Source: Tubulanus polymorphus
Taxonomy: Eukaryota > Animalia > Nemertea
Direction of reading: 5' to 3'
NCBI RefSeq assembly: GCF_964204645.1
Contig: NC_134027.1
Span: 14,044,485-14,108,484, forward strand
Length of the DNA: 64,000 bases
In this document: positions 13,501 to 25,760 of the stretch, piece after piece
Layout: each line of letters starts with the position of its first letter
How positions within the stretch are numbered: the first letter of the stretch is position 1
Notes under the pieces: model-generated
Told to the model about the DNA's origin: nothing
Databases searched by the model: none
What the model saw: only the letters and a program-made list of their open reading frames with translations
Position numbers and translations under genes: made by a program

Positions 13501-14187
13501 GAATAGAATTGAATTTTCTGAAATTTGTTCAAATAAAACAAAATTGGATTTGCTGTTTTACCTTGTTCAATAAAATCAAATTGAATTGGATTTTTTGCAG
13601 AATAAAACTTGATTGAATCGATATTGAAATACAATTTTTGATCTTAAAATGAAACCCGGAAGTAAAACGGTAGACGATACCGCAGGTTCACGTGAACACC
13701 TGCCGATCTCTGCGGCTAAGCCAATCACAGAGGAGTCTTTGCTTTCTGATTGGCTTTTTAAAACGAATATTTTTGCATTCAGATTTTTCGAAAAAAGCTC
13801 ATATTGATTTTAACGAGCCCCTTTTTCACAATTCAGCTTCATAGGGGTTGGAGAATGGATAATGCCCTAATGAATTATTTGTATGAATATACACTCAGTT
13901 GCACAGTCAAAGAGCCTTTGCTCTGGAAACCATGTCATTTAAATTAGCTCCATTTGTACAGTAATAGGCTCAGCCTACGGCTGGCCTAAAAATCCACAAT
14001 GTAATCACTCAGGTGGCGGGAAAATGCTTTAAATCACTCATAATTTTCAAAATTTTCTTGGGGGAGTAACCCCTAAGGTCTGAAGTGTCCCCGTTGGGAC
14101 TTCAGACCTTCAGTCCTCGTCAAGGCAGCTGTGCTGCCTTCCTAGATTTGCCAAATTGCTGATGTTCGAACCCCCTAAAAAAATCTT
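10545..14187. mobile_element. hAT-like non-autonomous composite insertion, right TIR missing
   Basis: Begins CATAGGCGTCACCAGGGGG exactly where the transposase frame breaks. The CGAACCCCCT subterminal motif occurs near both ends (10581, 14167), and the frame resumes at about 14190. Confidence 0.5.
12271..13419. mobile_element. hAT-like non-autonomous element with perfect 6-bp TSD
   Basis: TIRs CAGGGCTGCCAACC / GGTTGGCAGCCCTG; TAAGTA at 12265-12270 and 13420-13425; subterminal TAGGAATA repeats. Confidence 0.85.
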
Positions 14188-15213
14188 AAAAACTGGGCAA
14201 AACAATAAGCCATGGAACTTTCGCATTATGGGTGCCCAGGAACCGACGTAATCGTTATAGTATTCGCTACCGAGGGGCTGCAGACATTGTTTCAAAAAGA
14301 GCTCGTAAAGGCTTTGAAGTTAAAATCAATATAGATGACCACTGGTCAAATGCCATGTACAGGTCCCTTGATGTGCTGATGAGTAAAGATAACCGTAATA
14401 TTGTGTATATCAACATGCTGGCTTTTGTCTTAACACTCTTGCCACCTCAAGCCAATGCAAGTCTCTCATGGTCAGAGGATCTGAAGACATGGCCACTCGA
14501 ACTGATTTCACTAATAAGGAACAGTCACTTTTTCAAGTGACTTACTATCATTGTACTGGTTCTAAAACAACTAAGGAGGATTATGCTTGTATAGTGAAAT
14601 CACCTAAGATTACTGATAAGAACCCTTCGCAGCATGCTGTAGACATGCGGAAAGCTTCTTGGTGTGCCTGAGTTGAAACATGTAGTTTTTAGAGAAAAGG
14701 AAATCGATTGTATTAGAGTTGACGGCGGGGGTGATGACAAAACCCTGACCATTAAGAACAACATTTTTTTATTTGGGGAATGGCACCTCCAACCCGAAAA
14801 GCTGGGTGCTTTCGTTACAACTAGGTTCAGTGGGGGAGTTATATTAACAAGGTAAAACACCTGAATGGTCAACTGACCCATGCGCATGAAAATCCATTCA
14901 TTCCGTCGACATTATTAGGACCTAATAAGGATGTAGTGACTGGAGAGATTGACAGTCACCGTATGAAGGAAAACAAGAATGCAGCAATAGCTGGGTAAAT
15001 GGTGTCGGGTATAAAGAAAGTACAATCAAGTTGTTCAGGGCTGAAGATAATGAAGAGTTTAGAGAGGGACGACAATTACTATTGGAGTATTTGAAGGCGT
15101 AATGTGTTAATAAAAGAGAGGGTTGCCATGGATGAGGAAAAAAGTCAACGTCTCAGCTACTTCTATAAACTTATTGAAGTCATCAGTTCCAATCAGATCA
15201 AAAGTGATAAGTA

Positions 15214-15861
15214 CTGTATTTTCCGGTGAATAAGTCGAGTTTTTGAGACAAAAAATCATGTCCAATAAATGTAGTTGACTTACACACCGAATAAACTTTC
15301 AATATCGTTTAAACTGCTGATGTTGAAGCGTTCAAGGTTGCCATGATGAAATGGAATATTAATTTCGGTTAGGCTACACTCGGACACCAGAATTCAGAAT
15401 AAAAAAGTAAAATAGTTTCTTATAGTTTGGAAATGATTCAAAATCAACTGATATTAAAAATCAAATAAGAAAAGCGTGCACGTGCATAATTGTACAGCAT
15501 TTATACAGCCGCACTGTGGTGGCAGCGTGCCAATAATCAATACACAGCAGTCTAATACTAGACTACAGGTGCACGACATTCAATGTATGCACAATACATT
15601 CAACAAGTGGATACAAACAATGGGCACTAATCCGGTAATTTACTATCAGAAACAATAGATCCCAATGAATAATTGCAAACAGTGGTAAAGACTTGCAACT
15701 ACTATGAGAATGACCATAGCAATGATTTCAAAAGTGACATATGTAAACACATGAAGAAGGGACTCGACTTATACACCGACTATAGCCTTAGTACAACTGT
15801 TTAAACTGATAATTTGACCTCGACTTATACACCGAGTCGACTTGTACATCGGAAAATACGG
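15214..15861. mobile_element. Tc1/mariner/pogo-type MITE, TA TSD
   Basis: TA|CTGTATTTTCCGGTGAATAAGTCGA ... TCGACTTGTACATCGGAAAATACGG|TA; subterminal GACTTATACACCGA repeats. Removing it restores ...SDKYVFGLVCC. Confidence 0.85.
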
Positions 15862-16879
15862 TATGTGTTTGGACTGGTGTGCTGCTTCAAACCGAACTGT
15901 CATCCTTGTTGCTCGCAGCCTGTTGGTGAATTGAATTGGTATATCGGTGGTCCTCCTCTCAGCTTTTTTCCGTGGCCTATCAGGGACTAGATCATCCCAA
16001 GCTTGCTCAGAATGCCAACCTGAATGCTTTGGTCACTTCTTATCATTTCCTTTAGAATTTAGGAATTTTCTTATCGGGTGGAAATCAATTAGATGCTGGT
16101 AGAAAACCACCTACTGTTGTAATTGACAAAAAATGTCAGAAGTAAAAAAAGAAATTGCTGAAAAGGAAAAGAACAAATATAGATGTAAAGATAGCTGATC
16201 TTTTTGAAGAAAGAATTCAAGAATTATCTTATCAATGCTGTCTCCCCCTGCTCAAACCAAAGTCACGTAGGCCAGGAGCAGCAAAGGCAGCTGCCACAAG
16301 AGCTCTAAACTGGCGAAAGAATTCTCATTCCTCATAGGTAATATGTATTTTGATTTATACTTTTAGAGCTTGAGATGATGAAATGTGACATGTGAGTTGT
16401 ATGTACATGTATGTATAATGCAACAGGTGAAGAACAAGTATTGTTTGCCTTAAATTTGCCTTCGCATTTGTTTGAGGTTTGGATTATAACTCGATTACTT
16501 ATCAATACATTGTACCAATCCAGTAGATGTTATTTGCTGTAGACTGGTGGTTTGTTCTTGGTATCCTGGCTTTTTAGAATTGTATGAATTGGATTTACTA
16601 CAACTACTACAAATCCAAATCATATGTCTAATTTGCCTACATAGTTAAATGCTGACACGCATGAACATTTTTCAAGGATTTTTAATATAGTGTCTTGCGC
16701 TAATTATGAATTGCAACGCATAATAATTCCATTATCGATTCATTGCTGTTGTTTTATTACATATATATATGGTATTTTAATTGGATGAGTTGAACCCATT
16801 TACAGAGAGTATATTTTAGCTATTATTATAATGCCAACACAAGCATTTTGGAAAAAGGGCTTGAAGCCTGTGAGATTTT

Positions 16880-19750
16880 TCAAGTTGAAAATAAATGTTT
16901 TGTTTCTAAGACGAGACGAAATCTTATAAGAATGTCCACGATGTTGTTCTGTAATGCTGGACCAGACTCCAAGCAGTCATTTAGAGACAGCATATTGGGC
17001 GAGTGAGAAAAACTGCAATCAAATACTATGCAGACGAGTGTTGTAGTTGAATCACGGTAGACTGGGTGATGTGGAATGTAGTGGACAGTTTCAGAAACAT
17101 ATGGAAATTCTATCTTTTCGATAAAATCACGTGTAAGTTGTTCGGCGATAATGTCACCGTAAGCCTGAATTAATTTTGGCGGTAAAGCCAGTCTGTTGAT
17201 AGTAGAACGTGTTCTGGAAGCCACCAATTCAATGTTACTATGAATGGCAATGGTGGATGGTTATGCTTCCATGGGAGTCTAGCGTAGTATAAACCATCTG
17301 AAAACGGATTGGAATTCTCGTAATATTCATTAAGAAAACTGACATTGTAGTCACATGGCTGTTCAATTCCAATACTTTCCAAAGCCCAAAATCAGCTTAA
17401 GTCGTTTTCGTTAGATTCATGTAAAATAGTTGCTGTGGAGTCATCAATTAAAGGGCCACAAATAATGTAGCCCAATTTGGATGGAGTCAACAATAACTGA
17501 TCCGTCGTTAGATACTTGCCTAATCTTTCCGTCAATAAAATTATAGTAGAAGTCTGTGCCTATAAGTAAAGTAGCGTCAAATATATCTCAGTCTCCTGAT
17601 ACTAGACCGTGAGGGTGTGCTAATTCGTCTTGATTCAAACCGAGATCTATGAATAAATTAATTGGTACATTTAATGGGTTGGTTATGTTTGGAAACACCA
17701 ATGCCTCAATCTCAATTGTAGAGCGATCTTTACACATAACTAACAATATGACATTATCAAAATTTCTACTTTTATGTTCGTTTGAATCAAAAATTGCAAT
17801 ATTCCAATTTACCTGCCCAACAGGGCGTAAATCTAAATCTTGTACAAGTCTCTTTGAAATGACCGTATGTGTTGAACCATCGTCATACAATATATGGGCA
17901 GTGGAAAAATTTCTATTTTCACTGAAAACATTAGCAATAGTAGTTTTTAACAACACACATTTCGACTGTTAACTAGAATTGTCTGATTTCGTAACTACCT
18001 TCCGACTATTACACACTTCCGAATGGTTCTTAACCCTTTTAAGTTCATGCTCGACCCTAGGACGTGACGAAAAAACACTGGCTTCACGTTCATGCTCGAC
18101 CATAGGTCGAGCCCCGGCATGCGCTGTGAAAATGTAAATTATCATCGTTTCACCTAAAGGTTTTCATCATAGCACGTCATTAGTTGGTAGATGGCGTTTC
18201 TGTTGATTATTTGCCGTAAAAATATTTGATGGTTGCAATTCATTGTTTTTGTGCAATTTTGAGTCAAAATTTGTCATTTTTTTCGAAATACATGAGGTTA
18301 ACTTGAATAAAAATCAAGTTTTATAATAAATCTTTGCTGATGATGAGTTTGGAGACGTTGATTTAGAGCTAATAGACAGTGAATCCAGTGAGTTTATAAA
18401 ACACTTCAGATGATATTCATGATATAGCTGACGGAAATCAAACCCTTCTCAAGGCCAAGTCCTGATTAAAACTGGCCAATGCTTTGTAACTCAAATACTC
18501 AAACCTGGTATCATATGAAAGGTCATAATATTGTCATAATATAACTTTTATTTCGCTGCTAAGCTAAAGGACTGATAAGTTTTGGCCGAAAATAATTAAA
18601 TTTCTAGGGAAGTCGCAGTGTAAAAAACTTGAACTTAAAATGGTTAAACAACTGAGTTGATCTATGTTCACCAGGAGCAACGGATGAATAAGTATTTGAT
18701 TGTGAACCGGAAGACGTGTTGAAACGTTCATTCCAAATACTAGTGTGGTGTTTTTTCTCACATTTTAAACATCGTTTAGGCGATCTACAATCTACACTTT
18801 CATGGTTATACCTCAAGCAATTATTACACAAACGATTCTTTGTTATTACACCTAATCTCGATTGAAGATCTTTGACTATAGGACAATCTGTCGAATAATG
18901 ACTGTTCATACAATAAAAACATTTGATTGAATATGTAATTCTAACCTGTTGCCTATTACTGTTAATACCATTGCCTGAATATAACATTGAGTAGCAGTCC
19001 TGTAATCGTTCCATCTGACTGATCGATCGTCATGCATGATTCCATTATCTGGACTTCTCTCAAAATAGAAGTTCTAAGATCATTGATATCCCATTCACAA
19101 TCCCCATGCCTTTTTGCTAAATTTCGTTTTATTTCTACCGGTAACTTTCTCATCAAAATGGGAACAAGTATAGTCCCGTAGGAATCGGGTTTTTTACTCA
19201 GATTCAAGGGTACACATGTGTGATTCAATTGTGTCATAAAATCGACACATAGAGCTAACCGTATAATTTGGTCTTTGAATATCTATTAGAGTTTCAATGA
19301 TATCTTCTACGATCTTATGAGGATGATCAGTCAACAGATATACTGCTGTTTCGAAATTTTCATTAATCAAAGGAAGGCCGTTGATTGTTTACTTTGCATC
19401 ACCGAACAGAGCGCTTTTAAGGTGCGAAAACTTTTTACCTATTTTTTAATTCTGCGTAATTTACAATCTTCTGATTGATTTCTTTTAATTGTTTTATCTT
19501 ACGTTGTAAATTAATTAGGGTCGCATTAGACTTATATGATGTTACCTTTACCGATGTAAAATTCACATTCTCGCAAGAACGTTGCACACCTGCCTCTGTG
19601 TCCTCTCAAGATATTTTTCTCCTATTCGAAGTCGAATTCTGTCGCCATGTTGCCAAAAGTATAGTCTTTGTCTTCTTCTTCTAACTGACTGTGTTACGAT
19701 TAACTGTTAGCATTTCTCACTTTTCGCGGCCCGAGGGATCAAAATATGTG
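16880..19750 (-). mobile_element. Decayed BEL/Pao LTR retrotransposon (gag, Cys/His knuckles, aspartic protease, RT N-terminus)
   Basis: ILMRKLP..W.I.DLR..I..E; CFYC..HYSTDC..RLCNNCL..H...C....RC.KC.KKHHTSI; LLKT..ILYDDGSTHTVIS; YYARLPWK; HYIPHHPVYRDSTTT..IVFD.S..SLNDCLESGP. A degenerate PBS TGATCCCTCGGGCCG (tRNA-Tyr type) lies at about 19727-19741. Frameshifted and truncated. Confidence 0.9.
18034..18643 (+). mobile_element. piggyBac-type non-autonomous element nested in BEL
   Basis: TTAA|CCCTTTTAAGTTCA ... TGAACTTAAAATGG|TTAA (14-bp TIR, 1 mismatch); duplicated subterminal TTCATGCTCGACC. Confidence 0.85.
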
Positions 19751-19892
19751 TTGACGGACTTGTATCTCCTCGTTCCTGACGAAAAGCAACTCAACTAGCG
19801 CACATTCAAACTATATGGCATTTTGTTTATTTCTGACTAAATCACAAAATCTCAAATTCATATGATATGATACGATCACGTAACCATAAAAC

Positions 19893-20545
19893 GTATGGAA
19901 CGCAATAAATGAAAAAAATATATGAGCGCTGCACCGACACATTTTTTGCAACGTAATAGGGTACCGACATAAGAATCTATATTTTTACTGCGACGTAAGT
20001 TTGAGTCCTGCTGGCTACTTACAGTGTGCGGGCAACACTTTAGAGGCCGTCCCCACTGTCGTGAGGTTAAATAACCAATCCAATAGGGTTAGTCTTGGGA
20101 AACCAAGATCCAAACGACGTTGTCATGACTAAATACAGTACTGCTAGTATTGATGTATTATGTACATGTTGTATAGTGAATATTATGAAAACAAGTCATG
20201 TCAGCCACATATAATCTTTACTGCTAGTTTCTATGGAATGCGATAAATGAAAAAAATATGAGCGCTGCACCGACGTATGTTTTTTGCAACGTAATAGCGT
20301 CCCAACATAAGAATCTATATCTTTACAGCGACGTAATATTTTTAATGCATTTTGCGATGACGTAAGATTTTTTAAAGACGTAAGTTTTTGCAACGAGGTA
20401 AGTTTTTGTGACTACGTTAGTTTTTGCAACATAAGTTATTTCCAAAATCTGGTGGTGATTTTCGGAAATAACTTACGTCGTCGCAAACGCTTACGTCGTC
20501 GCAAAAACTTACATAGTCACAAAAAGTTACGTCGTTTCAAAATTT
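19893..20545. repeat. ~105-bp direct duplication followed by a foldback of ~18-bp subrepeats
   Basis: 19893-19997 resembles 20232-20336. GACGTAAGTTTTTGC-type repeats switch to AAAAACTTACGTCGTC around the axis TGGTGGT at 20450-20456. Confidence 0.75.
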
Positions 20546-21469
20546 CAAGGAGTTTTTGGCGCATCTAAGGCCCATTTTCCAATGACAAAATAAGACTGCT
20601 ACCACGCGGTTGATCGTTCGTAGTTTATGTCTTGAGTACATGAAAAGGATGGCTCCAACGATATCCAAATCACTAGAACATATTCATACTTAAATGAGCT
20701 TGCCAATAAATTGTTGAGTCCCAAGAGGAGCCCCTATCTATAATCTTCCAATCTATCACTCAAGACAAGCGCATTGTGCCTGTATTAAAACAATGACTAC
20801 TTTTATTGAGCACGTAGGCTATGCTTTGTTGGATGAATTGAAGCGCCACCCCAGATTCTAAATATAGATTTCCTGCGCAGCGCTATTACATCGATGTATA
20901 TATATATATATTATTGATCTGTACAGTGGGTCTAGACAACAGCGGTGTTTCGCAATGATATTGTAAAAAAAGATTCCAGAGATTGTAGCACCGGTTTTAT
21001 GAGACGCTTTTACGGTCTGTTCTTTAAGTATGCTAAAATCTAACTCTCAACTTTTCCCTAACCCCCCCCATCATTTTCTTAACGGATCTTCATCAATCTC
21101 AAGAATGATAAAAATGTACCTCCAACTGCGGAAATCCGCGTTTCAGCAGAAGATTTTCATCTCTGTGAGAAATTAATCTGGGGCCGAGTGGTACATTGTT
21201 AAAAATTAATCTGGTAACAAGACGGTTAACATCTTTTATTTGAAAATATACACATTTAGGCATCAGAAAATCATAGTTTGGTTTGTTGGTGTTTGTTGGT
21301 TTGTGGTGCGAAATGGGCCCAACCCACAGCCTATTATGCCTTAAATTCGGCAAGGGATTCATCGCCCCAAGTATCAGAATCATCAGTGCAGAAAACCCTT
21401 GGCATAGGCCTATATAAATGCAAAGAATTTACGTGGGTTTCTTTTTCTTTTACCAAATAATTTGAGTCA

Positions 21470-22502
21470 ATAGAACATGTCAGCAGCTACGATTTTTTAA
21501 TTGATTGTGATAACAAAATATGCCTCGTTACCACTTTAATATGGAAATACTAAGTTATTCTACTATTCAACGCCCCCTGGTGACCATATTCAAAACCCAA
21601 TGACCTTGAAACTAACCACAATCATAGAACATGTCACGAAGTATAACTTTGTAATTGATCATGGTAACTTAATATGCCTAGGTACCAATATAATAAGGAA
21701 ATACTAAGTTATTCTACTATTCAACGCCCCCTGGTGACCATATAGAATAACTAATGGCCTTAAAACTTGCCACAATCATAGATGATGTCATGAGCTACAA
21801 CTTTGCAATTGATTGTGGTTACAAAATATGCATTGATACGAATATAATATAGAAATACTAAGATATTGCATTATTCAACGCCCCCTGGTGGCCATATACA
21901 AAAACCAATGACCTTGAAACTCACCACAATCATAGAACACGTTATGAGCTACAACTTTCTAAATGATTGTGGTAACAAAATACGCTTAGGTATCAATATA
22001 ATGTGGAAAAACTTTTTCCCACTTACGAATGAGTACTGCTGACACCAAGATGGCCGCCAATTGCGTCATAATTGGCCGATGAAAAATACCTGTCTCAGGT
22101 ATAAAACATCCCTTTTCAAAGAATACCCATCACAAATTGCAATGAGAAATGATAAACCAGTAGGAAGCTACAGGACTCAGAATTTGGGCCAAAATTAACA
22201 TTTTTGGGCACTAAAAAGGTCATAGGACGGCCATCTTGAGTCCGATCGACCCAATTTTTGTTATGCTGATGGGCCCTGGGGGAATTCACATATATCCGAA
22301 AGATCAAGGTAATTGAAATAAAAATTTTCCTCAAAAAGTTCAAAAATGTGTAAGTGCTGATTTTGGCGAACAACAATGGCTGCCAGTTGGCCATCTTGAA
22401 TCTGACAGGGCCAGTTTTTGGGCTGAAGATGTCTCTAGGGTAGATACATGTGTAACCCAAATATCAAGACATTACCTTGAAGCGTCTTCAAAACTTCCCA
22501 AA
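21470..22502 (-). mobile_element. HINE family A with three 154-bp monomers, split by DIRS and continuing at 28293-28328
   Basis: Monomer anchors at 21568, 21722 and 21876. CTTCCCAAA|ATAACTGG is rejoined when the DIRS element is removed. Confidence 0.85.
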
Positions 22503-22719
22503 ATTACAATTTTTGGAACTAAAATTTGTATTTCCGAGTAGTACTTACCCTTTCCTATGGTTTTTGCGAATATTTTCTAAATTTGGATTGATCGCCAATG
22601 GTTTTTCTATACGACCCGGCCCTGAGGTATTGCATTTAGCCACCGGCGAAATCCGCCATCTTTTTACGTCATAGCAGACCAAAAAAAACAGCTAAGCGGG
22701 GCAGGTGGGCGGGATTCCC

Positions 22720-22806
22720 ACCATAGGAAAGGGTAAGTACTACTCGGAAGTTCCAAAAATTGTAATATTTCCGTCGAGTACTGTACCCTTTCCTATGGTT
22801 TTTGCT
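22720..22806. other. DIRS internal complementary region (ICR)
   Basis: ACCATAGGAAAGGGTAAGTACTACTCGGAAGTTCCAAAAATTGTAAT|ATTTCCGTCGAGTACTGTACCCTTTCC is the reverse complement of both element ends joined together. Confidence 0.9.
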
Positions 22807-22985
22807 AGACTAGCCTAGCACAAGGATGGTGGGAAAGGTAGATAGAAAAACCACCGCTCAAACGCAAGGTAAGAGGGAAAAAGAGAGCACTTACCCAAGC
22901 ACGGAATGGAGCACTGTAGCACAGGGAAGACCGGTTGGCCACAGTGAGTCCGTCCAGCTCAGGGGCCCCCCAGAATTTTGCGAAA

Positions 22986-24140
22986 TTAATACTTGCATAT
23001 ATGAGCCCAAACTATGTACAAGGATACACCCCCTGTGATCCTGATAATGCAACATAAATCTTCTACACTAAAGGGTCCGATCGGAAAGAACGGACACCTT
23101 GAGCCATGACAACAGGACCAAGCTAATGAGCCTAACTGGCCTGAAACATCCCGTAAATAAAATGACGTGAATGTCGATGGAGAATTCCAAAAGACGGCCC
23201 GACAGACTTCCTCCAACGGAGCACCCGAAAAGGCTGCGCAGGAAGTAGCCATAGACCTCACTTGATGAGAAACCACTCCCTCCGAGGAAAGATTCTCCTT
23301 CAATGAAATGTCCTTGATCAGTGAAGAGACCCATCGGGCCACTGTGTCCCGCGAAATATCACCCTTTAGGTGATCCAGCAGCGGAATAAATAACCGCTCC
23401 CGTGAACCCCTCCGTGAAGCAGAGCGATCTAAATAGAAACACAACGCCCGCACAGGACATAAAGTCCTGTCCGGGATGCCCGGTTCCACTCGATGTTTTA
23501 GGGCTTCAATTCGCCATTGACGCCCAACCGAGCCTGGTCGTTGGTTCTTTGCCAAAAATTCCAAAGCAGGCCGCAGCGAAACAAATTCCTTCGCTGTGCC
23601 AAAGACAATATGACCTTGTTGGACTGAAAGCGCATGAATCTCAGAGCGACGGGCCGAGCAAGCCAAGAACAGCAAAAATACAGTCTTTTTTCACAAATTT
23701 GCAAATGAAGCTGCCGAAAGAGGTTCAAATGGAGCCTCCATTAACTTCTTCAAAATTACAGACAGATCCCATGGTGGAACTGTCCTTGGTACCCGAGGCC
23801 GGGAAATAGAAAACCCTGCAACCAGCTGGGATATCCGATGATCCCCTGCTACATTTGGCCATCCAGAAGCACGCAATGTATGAGAAATCGCGGAGCGGTA
23901 ACCTTTAATAGTTATGACCTGCAAACCTTTTCTTACAAATAGGTGCAGTAAAAAATCTGCCAATTGAGCTACAGAGGGTGAGCATGGATCAATTTCCCCT
24001 GCAGCACACCAATCCGCAAAATGACTCCATTTGGCATCGTAAATGGTACTTGTTGATGGCCGCTTAGATCCTGCGATAAAGGAGGCAGCCTGTTCTGAAA
24101 AGCCTGAAGCTGACAAGGATCGCTGGACAATGGCCAGGCG
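22986..24140 (-). pseudogene. DIRS tyrosine recombinase (frameshifted near 23690)
   Basis: N-terminal core-binding part RPSTSTIYDAKWSHF..TIKGYRSAIS..PPWDL; catalytic residues ARRSEI, LAKNQ, HQVRS, FW, FYL. Confidence 0.9.
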
Positions 24141-25760
24141 AGCACGACCCCCCACGCTTCCGCGTCTGGAAACGGGGACACAAACAGAGGACACCTCCGA
24201 TTGAACCGGGTGGCAAACAGATCCAGCAGCGGATTGCCAAACATGCCCCGAACCCGATCGGCTACTTCTTGGTGGAGAACCCATTCTGTCGCAATAGCCT
24301 GACCTCGACGAGACAGAGCATCGGCCATCACGTTCCTTATACCTGCTAAATGTGCCACAGTCAGGGACACGCCCTTTGTCTGGCACCAAAGAAGAATTTT
24401 GGCCGACTGACCTACAGACCTGTGAGGGTTTCTGAGTGAGTGCCCCCTTGGTTCTGAAGGTAAGCCCTCATTGTTGAATTGTCTGTGGCTAACCAAACGT
24501 GGTGGCCCTCCACTCTCCTGTGAAAGAACTTCAGGGCCTTCCACACGGCCAGCATTTCTAGGAAATTTATGTGGTTGGTGGCCTCGTAGCGAAACCATCT
24601 CCCGGCTTTGACTCGGTTCTCCTATGTGCCCCCCATCCTTGGTGACTGGCATCCGTGAATACACGAACTGGAGCCTCTAACGGGGCTAGTGACACCCCGA
24701 GCCAAAGATTCGTAGTTGCCGCCCACCACTGAAGATCCGGACTTAGATCGGTTGGAGGTACGGGAATCAAGGCCTCCCAGTTGCCCTTCGACTGAGACCA
24801 GAAGACCTTCCAATATTGTTGCAAGCGCCTGCGCCTGAGGCAGCCTAAGGGCACCACCAGACCCATGGAGCTGATGGAGCCTAGAAGCCGTGACCAGTAA
24901 CGAGCTGTTCTCGGGGTTGTGGACACTCCCGCTACAGCTTCTTGAAGTTTGGCTACTCGAACAAAAGACTTTGCCGGAGATCGAAGTCCATGCCGAGATA
25001 AGTGAACTGTTGGGCCGGCGCCAACTGAGATTTTTCCCTGTTTACGCGGAACCCTAACTGATGGACTAAGTCCAAGACTGAGGTCATTGCCACCCGACAT
25101 TCCTGAGCCGAATTCGCGACTATTAACCAGTCGTCGAGGTAAACGAACAGTCGAACACCCCTTGACTGAAGTACCTTCTGAACTAACTTGACCAACTTGG
25201 TGAAAACCCACGGGGCCGTACTGAGGCCAAATGGAAGCTTTCCGCTTTATCCTGAGAAATCGCCGAGATTTAGGGTGAATTGGAACCTGAAAGTAAGCAT
25301 CTTTCAAGTCCAATGAAGCCGCCCATTGACCTGGACGGAGTCCTTGAATCATGTCCTTGGGCTTGGTCATCCGGAACCTTGGAATGTCTAGGTGCCGATT
25401 GAGGGATGACAGATCTATCACTGTCCATTGACCCCCTGTGGCCTTTGGTACCATGAATATTCGAGAAAACCAGCCGGGAGAAGTTTCGTTGCAAACTGGT
25501 TCTATCGCTCCCTTCTCGGCCAATTCCTTGAGAGCCGGAGAGATTAAGGCCTCCTGACCTGGTTTTGGCCGCATGTCGGGAGGTGACCTCATCAGGCGCG
25601 GTCCCCTTAGGAAACGGAGACGGTAGCCACGAGAGACGACCCGGGAGGGCCAACCGTCTCCAAAGAGGTCGGACCAGTGGGTTGCTGCCTGCTGCAGACA
25701 ACCTCCCACTGGTCCCAAGAATTCATTTCGAGTTTTTCCGAAAGGAAGAGCCCCTTTTTG
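24140..25760 (-). pseudogene. DIRS reverse transcriptase / RNase H / truncated methyltransferase-like domain (several frameshifts)
   Basis: PVGGCL; FSRIFMVPK; SLDLKDAYFQVPIH; YLDDWL; VFTDASHQGWGAH; HLAGIRNVMADALSR; EWVL; DLFATRFN. Confidence 0.92.

Larger units (their letters stand above)
9088..16340 (+). pseudogene. Degenerate Zator-like DDE transposase in pieces (~9090-9650, 10000-10544, 14190-15213, 15862-16340)
   Basis: Collinear fragments: HPDIGESLENIVRNAGAGADKW..TMERLQKAI | PRNRRNRYSIRYRGAADIVSKRARKGFEVKINIDDHWSNAMY | TDFTNK..KNPSQHAVDM | IRVDGGGDD | TTRFSGG | KYVFGLVCCFKPNC..WYIGGPPL. VDGG.D, the following TR.SG motif and the Cys-rich tail parallel Zator motifs (DGGPDE, APGxSxxNxVE). 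Many stops and frameshifts. Confidence 0.55.

Noticed and set aside
19998-20140. Possible SINE fragment (GTTTGAGTCC...GGGCAACAC...)
   Set aside because: The head is missing and it is single-copy in the window, so it cannot be supported without a library search.
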